From contig JBHIAC010000106.1 of the NCBI GenBank assembly GCA_046758365.1, positions 1-11,711 on the forward strand: a stretch of 11,711 bases of DNA. The letters run 5' to 3'. A program made the translations under genes and the position numbers. Shown here piece after piece: positions 5,671 through 11,711 of the stretch (positions are counted from its first letter, which is position 1; each line of letters opens with the position of its first letter). Source of the stretch: a bacterium. GTDB lineage: Bacteria; Zhuqueibacterota; Zhuqueibacteria; Oceanimicrobiales; Oceanimicrobiaceae. The notes under the pieces are model-generated. The model did no database searches. It was not told where the DNA came from and worked only from the letters and a program-made list of their open reading frames with translations.

Positions 5671-5691
5671 CATCCTGTAAATCCCGTCAAA
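5655..5691. repeat. REP-like 'catcctgt-aaatcccgtcaaa' half-repeat with a 7-bp hairpin
   Basis: ggatgaa (5655-5661) pairs with ttcatcc (5669-5675) and overlaps 9-bp periodic units ccagttcat-cctgtaaat-cccgtcaaa (translating PVHPVNPVK). It sits 7 nt beyond the amidohydrolase stop. Confidence 0.45.
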
Positions 5692-5698
5692 TATATGA

Positions 5699-8600
5699 TT
5701 ATTGCAAGCCCGCACAACCACACAGTCTCTCACCGAATCCAATCCCCACTCCTTTCCAAACAAAGGCATCACTGGTGCGTGGATTTTCCCAATAGAATCG
5801 TCCACGCTTACGGGGGTGATTGCCGATCTCGTTCATGGTTTCGGCGTCGTACAGCCGACCGTTCTTCATCACATACAGAATGGATTCGCTGTTCTGAATA
5901 TTGTCAAGTGGGTTTTTATTCATCACAATCAAATCTGCAAGTTTGCCGGATTCAATTGAGCCCAGATCGTTATCCAGCCCAATATATTCCGCTCCGTATA
6001 AAGTTGCTGCACGGATGGCTTCTAGCGGCGTCATGCCGCCCTGTACAAACATCCATAGCTCCCAGTGCGCGCCCAAGCCCTGCAACTGTCCATGTGCGCC
6101 AAGCTGCACTTTACCGCCGGCATCAAGAATGGCTTTGGCTGCCTTGGCGTTGCTGATGTGGCCAAAGTCGTCGTCTGGAATCATCATGCGACGGCGAGAA
6201 CGCGCATCAATGATTGGTCTCGGTGTAAAATTCAGCAGCCGTGTTTTTTCCCAAACATTCGCTTTCTGGTACCAGTAATTTTCGCCCCAGATTCCACCGT
6301 AGCCAACAATAAGTGTTGGGGTATAGCCGGTCTGGCTGGCGCCCCAAAGGGTGATTACATCCTGGTACACCGGTGCAATTGGGATGGAGTGCTCGATCCC
6401 GGTGTGCCCATCAAGAATCATGGACATATTATAGTAGAAAAGAGATCCGCCTTCAGGTACTACCATAATTTCAAGTTCGCGTGCTGCTTTGATGATTTGC
6501 TGGCGTTGGTTGCGTCGAGGCTGGTTGTAACTTTTAACTGTAAACGCACCGACAGCTTTCATGCGGCGCAGGTGGGAACGCGCATCATCCAAGCTATTAA
6601 TCACGGCTTTGAAATTGCCTTCGGCGCCGTAAAGAATCGTACCCGTTGAAAAAATACGTGGCCCAACCATAATTCCAGCTTGCACCATCTCAGCCTGACT
6701 GAATACCATTTCTGTATTGGCCGAGGGGTCGTGGGCCGTGGTCACACCATAAGCAAGATTGGCAAAATAGGGCCAACCTTGTTGCGGCGAAATGCCGTTA
6801 TTGCTGTTCCATAGGTGCGCGTGAACATCAATCATGCCGGGCATAATGGTCTTTCCATTTACCTCGATGGCCTTGGCATCATCAGGCACCTCGATCTCCT
6901 CAGATTTGCCAACAGCCACAATTCGATTGCCATCAACTACAATGGTGCCATTTTCGATGACCTCATCCCCACGCATGGAAATAATCCTGGCGCCTACGAA
7001 GGCCAGTTTGCCGGAAGGTACATCGGTTTCCAATTTTAGTCCAATTCGCAAACCGCTGGTATCCGGGGGAGGAATACTGTCGGGCGCGCCTTCAAGAAAT
7101 TTAAAGCTCTGTTTCAATTCACGTGTGAAATACTCCGGCCCAATCGTCCAGTGCAACTTCTGACTATCTCCAGACCAGTGGAGGTAGTTTCCAGCGTCCC
7201 GGGTGACTTTTTTAACCGGTATGGCTTTGGTTTGGCTGCTGAATTCTATCGAATTACCTGTTTTAGGAAAGGGTGTTATAAAACCATTAAACAACTCCCT
7301 AAAAGCGATCCACTGTTCATCCGGACTTGGAACGATGTGTGTGGCATATTTTGAAGTAAAATGAGTTCGTTCATCTCCACCATCCAGGCGTACACTTTTG
7401 AGCGCCTTTTTGTTGTTTTTGATATTTTTGAGAAAATAAATGCGATCATCTTTACGATTAAATCTCGGCTCGCGACCGTCTTCTCGGATAAAATACTCCT
7501 TACCTCCTTTTGCGGACAACCAATAAAGACCAGGCTCAACGCCGTGGGTAAAACCTAAGATTGCATTACCGTTTCCGCGGCGATAGACTATTTTTTTACC
7601 ATCATGAGAAAAAGAAGGCGTGAAATAATACCCTTTGCGAAGGGTTAATTTCTTTGGTTTGTGACTGTCAATTTTTATCTTGTAAATAGCGCCCAGGGCT
7701 GTATCGCTCCAGGTGGTGTACACAAGCCATTTACCATCTGGACTGAAGGCTGGCGCAAACTCAAAGTGGCTGTCATTAGTAAGGCGTTGCACCGGGCCAT
7801 TCGGTAAACGCTTTTTCCAGAGATGGCCGACCGCATTAAAGACCAGCCATTTACCCTCCGGTGAGGTGGTTGCTTGACGAATCATTTTCACTTCAAAGGA
7901 ATCCGGGCTGACGACTTGCTTAAATTTCAAGGCTTCGTTTATGATCTGTTTGACCTTAACTTCGAAAGGAATTTGCTTGACGTTTTTATGAACAATATCG
8001 ATTTTCCAAATATGGCCCTGCGCCCAAAAAACCAGATTTTTGCTGTCTGGTGTCCAGGCATAATTTGGGTAAACTCCAAAAATGGCCCAGGTTTCCTGCT
8101 GGTCTTTGTTCAATTTGTCGTAAATAGGCCATTGTTCTCCAGTTTGCAAGTCGTGGAGATACAATACGCTTTTGGTACGGACTCTCCGAACAAATGATAA
8201 ATATTTGCCATCAGGTGAGATTTGTGGACGTACGGCACCTCCAGCACCAGTTATTATGTTTTTAATTTTACCTTTTTCTAAATCTAAACGGCGTATGACA
8301 TAAATCTGTCCATTGGGATCCTTGTTATATTGGAAGAAACCTCCCGGGCTCATATCCTCACTGAAATAAACGTATCGTCCATCTGGAGAGACACACGGTT
8401 CACCGGCATCCTGTTGGTCGTTTTTGCGTTTGGTGAGCTGCAGTCCCTTGCCACCAGAGATATGGTACAGCCACATTTCGCCGGCTCCGAGAGAACGCCG
8501 GCTGGTGAAATGCTTGCGAGCAATGAGATAATTGCTATCTGGGGTCCAGCAAGCATTATTTAAAAGGCGGAAGTCTTCTTTTGACACAGCATGGGCCTCA

Positions 8601-9016
8601 GAGCCATCACGATTCATGACCCAGATGTTATCACCGCCACCGCGGTCGCTAGTATAGCTGATTTTGTGGCCATCTGGGCTGAAACGAGGCTGCACTTCAA
8701 AAGCAGGATCACCCGCAAGGAGTTCTGCCTCCCCACCAGTCATGGGCATGATGTAGATATCCCCCAATAGATCAAATACAATTTCCTGGCCATCTGGACT
8801 CACGTCCAAGTTCATCCAGGTGCCTTCGGTGGTGGTGAATTCAACAGTCTTGGTTGGACCCAGGGGAGCCGCGACATCCCATTCTTTCTTCTTTGCGGAA
8901 TCTTGAGACACAGCTTTTGTAGTATCGCGGTTGGTAGGTAAATTTTTTGCAGTAAGATTTTGAGTGAAAAATAACAAATTCACCATTGCGAAAAAATAAA
9001 ACCAGCGAAATCTCAT
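5699..9016 (-). CDS. Exported PD40/TolB-like beta-propeller plus amidohydrolase fusion protein
   Basis: Likely start is ATG 9016 (MRFRWFYFFAMVNLLFFTQNLTA signal peptide) with strong RBS AGGAGGT at 9027-9021, rather than TTG 9061. Many PD40-like repeats (DVSPDGQ, PRFSPDGH, WTPDSN, PCVSPDGR, PQISPDGK, PAFSPDGK, PSFSHDGK). The C-terminal amidohydrolase has GKTIMPGMIDVHAH, GMTPLEAIRAAT and LGSIESGKLADLIV. Confidence 0.93.
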   Translation of the reverse strand: MRFRWFYFFAMVNLLFFTQNLTAKNLPTNRDTTKAVSQDSAKKKEWDVAAPLGPTKTVEFTTTEGTWMNLDVSPDGQEIVFDLLGDIYIMPMTGGEAELLAGDPAFEVQPRFSPDGHKISYTSDRGGGDNIWVMNRDGSEAHAVSKEDFRLLNNACWTPDSNYLIARKHFTSRRSLGAGEMWLYHISGGKGLQLTKRKNDQQDAGEPCVSPDGRYVYFSEDMSPGGFFQYNKDPNGQIYVIRRLDLEKGKIKNIITGAGGAVRPQISPDGKYLSFVRRVRTKSVLYLHDLQTGEQWPIYDKLNKDQQETWAIFGVYPNYAWTPDSKNLVFWAQGHIWKIDIVHKNVKQIPFEVKVKQIINEALKFKQVVSPDSFEVKMIRQATTSPEGKWLVFNAVGHLWKKRLPNGPVQRLTNDSHFEFAPAFSPDGKWLVYTTWSDTALGAIYKIKIDSHKPKKLTLRKGYYFTPSFSHDGKKIVYRRGNGNAILGFTHGVEPGLYWLSAKGGKEYFIREDGREPRFNRKDDRIYFLKNIKNNKKALKSVRLDGGDERTHFTSKYATHIVPSPDEQWIAFRELFNGFITPFPKTGNSIEFSSQTKAIPVKKVTRDAGNYLHWSGDSQKLHWTIGPEYFTRELKQSFKFLEGAPDSIPPPDTSGLRIGLKLETDVPSGKLAFVGARIISMRGDEVIENGTIVVDGNRIVAVGKSEEIEVPDDAKAIEVNGKTIMPGMIDVHAHLWNSNNGISPQQGWPYFANLAYGVTTAHDPSANTEMVFSQAEMVQAGIMVGPRIFSTGTILYGAEGNFKAVINSLDDARSHLRRMKAVGAFTVKSYNQPRRNQRQQIIKAARELEIMVVPEGGSLFYYNMSMILDGHTGIEHSIPIAPVYQDVITLWGASQTGYTPTLIVGYGGIWGENYWYQKANVWEKTRLLNFTPRPIIDARSRRRMMIPDDDFGHISNAKAAKAILDAGGKVQLGAHGQLQGLGAHWELWMFVQGGMTPLEAIRAATLYGAEYIGLDNDLGSIESGKLADLIVMNKNPLDNIQNSESILYVMKNGRLYDAETMNEIGNHPRKRGRFYWENPRTSDAFVWKGVGIGFGERLCGCAGLQ

Positions 9017-9066
9017 TGTTACCTCCTTTTCTTGGTAAATGGTATAATGCAACTTAAGCAATCTAA

Positions 9067-11457
9067 TTAATTCAAAGTTTCTTCAAACAGCTTTAAAATT
9101 CTTCTGTATTCATCCGTCCATGAACTCGGCTCTTTAAAGCCATGACTTTCGAGAGGATAAATAGCCACTTCCCAATTTGTTTTCCCCAATTCAATTAAAC
9201 GCTGCACCAAACGGACTGTATCTTGAAAGTGTACATTCGTATCAATCATCCCGTGACAAATGAGCAAATGACCCTTAAGACCCTCGGCATAGTAAATTGG
9301 ACTACTGCGTCTATAAGCAGTACTGTCAGCCTGAGGTATATTGAGAATATTAGAGGTGTAGGGATGGTTGTAATGCGCCCAATCTGTTACGGGTCGTAAA
9401 GCTGCGCCAGCCGCAAAAACATCGGGTGCGGTAAACATGGCCATGAATGTGATAAATCCGCCATACGAGCCGCCATAGATGCCAATGCGCTTTGGATCAA
9501 TGTTAAGCTCATCCACTAACCATTTGGCGCCATCCACCTGGTCGTCGAGGTCTCTGCCCCCCATATGGCGGTAGATCGCTGTACGCCAGTCTCGACCGTA
9601 ACCCGCGCTGCCGCGGTAGTCAATATCGAGGACCGAGTATCCTTTATCTGCCAGCAGATTGTGGAACATATATTCACGAAAATAGCTTGACCACCATTTA
9701 TGTGCGTTTTGCAAATACCCTGCCCCATGTACAAATATTACTGCAGCGCCCTTTGGCTTATTAGGACGGTACAATCTGGCATACAGTTGCGTACCGTCTC
9801 GTGCAGGTATGCGCACGATTTCAGCAGCACGCCAGGGATAACTGCGCCATTTCTCCGAAGTAGATTGTGTCAGTTGCCTCGGCTTCGCATTGAGACGGGT
9901 ATCCTGTACATACAGCTCTGGGGGTTTATTGATAAAGGAATGCCGGATTACGAGCTTCTTTCCGTTCGGCGACATAACCGCATCGTTGCGACCGGGCATG
10001 CTGGTCAGCTTTTCCCAGGGGCCTCCTTCGATAAACATGCGGTAAAAGTGCCGTTCCCCCGGGTGTACCTTATTTGAAGTGAAATACCAATATTTCTTAT
10101 TGCGTGAAACGTGGGGATGGTAGATTTCAAACTCACCTTGGGTGAGCGCTCGTTTTTCACCCGTAGCAGGATTGCAAACATATAGGTGGCTGTAACCGCT
10201 TTCCTCACTACTAAACCACACCCGTTTATTATCGGGCATCCAGCCGACAACTCCGGGAATATTCCAACTAAAAATATTTGGACCGCCAATCCAGGCGTCA
10301 TCATGCTGGTGTTCGAACGTGTTGAGTTGTCCTGAAGGCAGGTTAAGGATTGCCAGCCAGCGGTCTTTGTTATCGACCGATCTCACTACAACAAATGCTT
10401 GTTTGCCATCTTCGCTCCAGTATGGACCAAAGAAGGTGACCATACGCGGTTTTTGTTTTTTTGTCGAGCGGTTCTTCGCGCTATCTTTTTTAGATTTCGT
10501 AATAGCAAATTCAGGTCTATCAAAAATACCTGGGAGACTGTCAGGCTTTATATAAACCAAGGTGTCCCGCTCAAGATCGACAAAAGCAAATTGAGACGGC
10601 GTCTGTGGTGCCCCAACTTTTGGACGTGCTTCTAAATCTTCTGTATATCCTATTTCAGTTACATAGTTAGGGACAATTGTGGCCTGAAATTTTTTCGATT
10701 TTTCTCGCAGCCGTAAAGTTACATATCTGCCATCGGGTGATAAGGAAAGGTTTTCTATCCTTTTATCCTCAATATATATTTTTGTAGGCGCATACGGATT
10801 CTCAACTTCCTTGGCTTTTCGTGTGCGTTCGCGCAATTCTTTTCTTTTACGCAGAACTTTAATGAGCTTAATCTCCTCCTGCTTAAGATATTTTCCCGCT
10901 TCGGTTTTGGCTTTAGGCCCTTCTTTCGGTTTCTTACCTTTGCGAAAGTCGGTAATCTGAATGGTGGCACCTGTTGCTCTGTCCCAGCGTAAAAGATTCA
11001 TCCCTCTTTGAAATATGACAGCTCTTTCATCCTGGGAGAATTTTACATTAGATTCTTTCTCGATGGTATTCGTAATTTGCAAAATGGAGCGGCTTTTTTT
11101 GTCATAGAGAAATATGTCTCCATTCCGGATGAATAGTTTGTAACGGTAGTCTCGGGTGTATTCACCTTTAGAGGTTGGTATTTGCAAGCGTTCCTGTAAC
11201 GAGAGTTTCATTGCCTCGGTTCCATCTAGCGCAATTTTGTAAAGAGAGTCTGCATCCGCACCTTCTGGATTCCAGTAAAAGTAAATCCACTTACCATCTT
11301 CAGACCAGTATGGATTGTTTGGTGGAGAACCCATCCATTCTTTCGGGTCCTGCATGATGGTTGCTACATCTAATTCTAATTTTGATTGAGCAGGGGTGAG
11401 CCGTGGGAAAGCTAACAAAAATATGAACAGCATCAATTGGCATTTTGGAATTTTCAT
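9067..11457 (-). CDS. Exported S9 family (prolyl oligopeptidase / DPP-IV-like) serine peptidase
   Basis: Signal peptide MKIPKCQLMLFIFLLAFPRLTPA|Q and RBS GGAGGG (11470-11465). N-terminal beta-propeller (WSEDGK, FSQDER, LSPDGR, SEESGYSHLY). Catalytic domain has VHGAGY, DYRGSAGYGRDWR, nucleophile GGSYGG (9457-9474), Asp in HGMIDTNV and His in ESHGF. Confidence 0.96.
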   Translation of the reverse strand: MKIPKCQLMLFIFLLAFPRLTPAQSKLELDVATIMQDPKEWMGSPPNNPYWSEDGKWIYFYWNPEGADADSLYKIALDGTEAMKLSLQERLQIPTSKGEYTRDYRYKLFIRNGDIFLYDKKSRSILQITNTIEKESNVKFSQDERAVIFQRGMNLLRWDRATGATIQITDFRKGKKPKEGPKAKTEAGKYLKQEEIKLIKVLRKRKELRERTRKAKEVENPYAPTKIYIEDKRIENLSLSPDGRYVTLRLREKSKKFQATIVPNYVTEIGYTEDLEARPKVGAPQTPSQFAFVDLERDTLVYIKPDSLPGIFDRPEFAITKSKKDSAKNRSTKKQKPRMVTFFGPYWSEDGKQAFVVVRSVDNKDRWLAILNLPSGQLNTFEHQHDDAWIGGPNIFSWNIPGVVGWMPDNKRVWFSSEESGYSHLYVCNPATGEKRALTQGEFEIYHPHVSRNKKYWYFTSNKVHPGERHFYRMFIEGGPWEKLTSMPGRNDAVMSPNGKKLVIRHSFINKPPELYVQDTRLNAKPRQLTQSTSEKWRSYPWRAAEIVRIPARDGTQLYARLYRPNKPKGAAVIFVHGAGYLQNAHKWWSSYFREYMFHNLLADKGYSVLDIDYRGSAGYGRDWRTAIYRHMGGRDLDDQVDGAKWLVDELNIDPKRIGIYGGSYGGFITFMAMFTAPDVFAAGAALRPVTDWAHYNHPYTSNILNIPQADSTAYRRSSPIYYAEGLKGHLLICHGMIDTNVHFQDTVRLVQRLIELGKTNWEVAIYPLESHGFKEPSSWTDEYRRILKLFEETLN

Positions 11458-11684
11458 TTTTATTCCCTCCGTGAGAAAGTCAAGGAGAAATTGATCATTT
11501 ATGCGATGGATTTTTTATATCAAAGCGGCTTTTATATTTGGCTTCTGAGTCACTTTATTGATGCGTGGATAAATCTAAGTATGCCTTCCAAAACTTCCTA
11601 AGACAAACTCACAATCACTCGTGCCCGTTCCATCTCCCAGCAAATTACTAAACTATTGTAAATTTCACATATTTGCTCTCTGAA

Positions 11685-11711
11685 TGTCATTCCAGCATGG
11701 TGTAAGCGGGA
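11685..11711. repeat. REP/dRS3-like palindromic element (truncated by the window edge)
   Basis: tgtcattccagcatggtgtaagcggga fits the widespread GTCATTCCnGC...GCnGGAATC palindrome pattern. The right arm is cut off. Confidence 0.5.

Noticed and set aside
5340..6156. ORFs 5340-5597, 5429-5638 and 5653-6156 as independent small genes
   Set aside because: The first and third are better explained as two frames of the lhr remnant, the third reading on antisense into the amidohydrolase. The second is its antisense shadow.
5702..11357. Numerous antisense or alternative-frame ORFs inside the amidohydrolase and S9 genes (e.g. 6065-6649, 9700-10077)
   Set aside because: These are expected by-products of long, GC-richer coding regions and show no domain signatures or RBSs.
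11458..11684. Small ORF or promoter upstream of the S9 peptidase, including a TATATTTG Bacteroidota-like -7 element on the + strand
   Set aside because: The frames I checked close within about 25 codons, and I found no well-spaced -35/-10 pair on the - strand. The TATATTTG has no downstream gene in the window to support it.

Overview
Bacterial genomic window, probably from an FCB-superphylum lineage such as KSB1 or Calditrichota (inferred only from gene content). The left, AT-richer half has three co-oriented minus-strand genes. These are a receptor-like Ser/Thr kinase (signal peptide, TPR ectodomain, one TM helix, C-terminal Hanks kinase with an HCD 'non-RD' catalytic loop), a patatin-like phospholipase, and a membrane-anchored FG-GAP/VCBS-repeat protein that runs off the left edge and is missing from the ORF track. 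Two tandem ~105-bp inverted-repeat units lie between the last two genes. A BrxA/BrxB bacilliredoxin is transcribed divergently from the kinase. It is followed by a frameshifted, hairpin-bounded remnant of an Lhr helicase C-terminus. The right, GC-richer half is a two-gene minus-strand operon: an exported S9 (DPP-IV-like) peptidase and an exported beta-propeller/amidohydrolase fusion with non-canonical metal ligands. Several short REP-like motifs occur in intergenic DNA. The best candidate for novel biology is the non-RD, N-out TPR receptor kinase and its possible link to the patatin and FG-GAP neighbours; that link is a hypothesis, not something the sequence proves.
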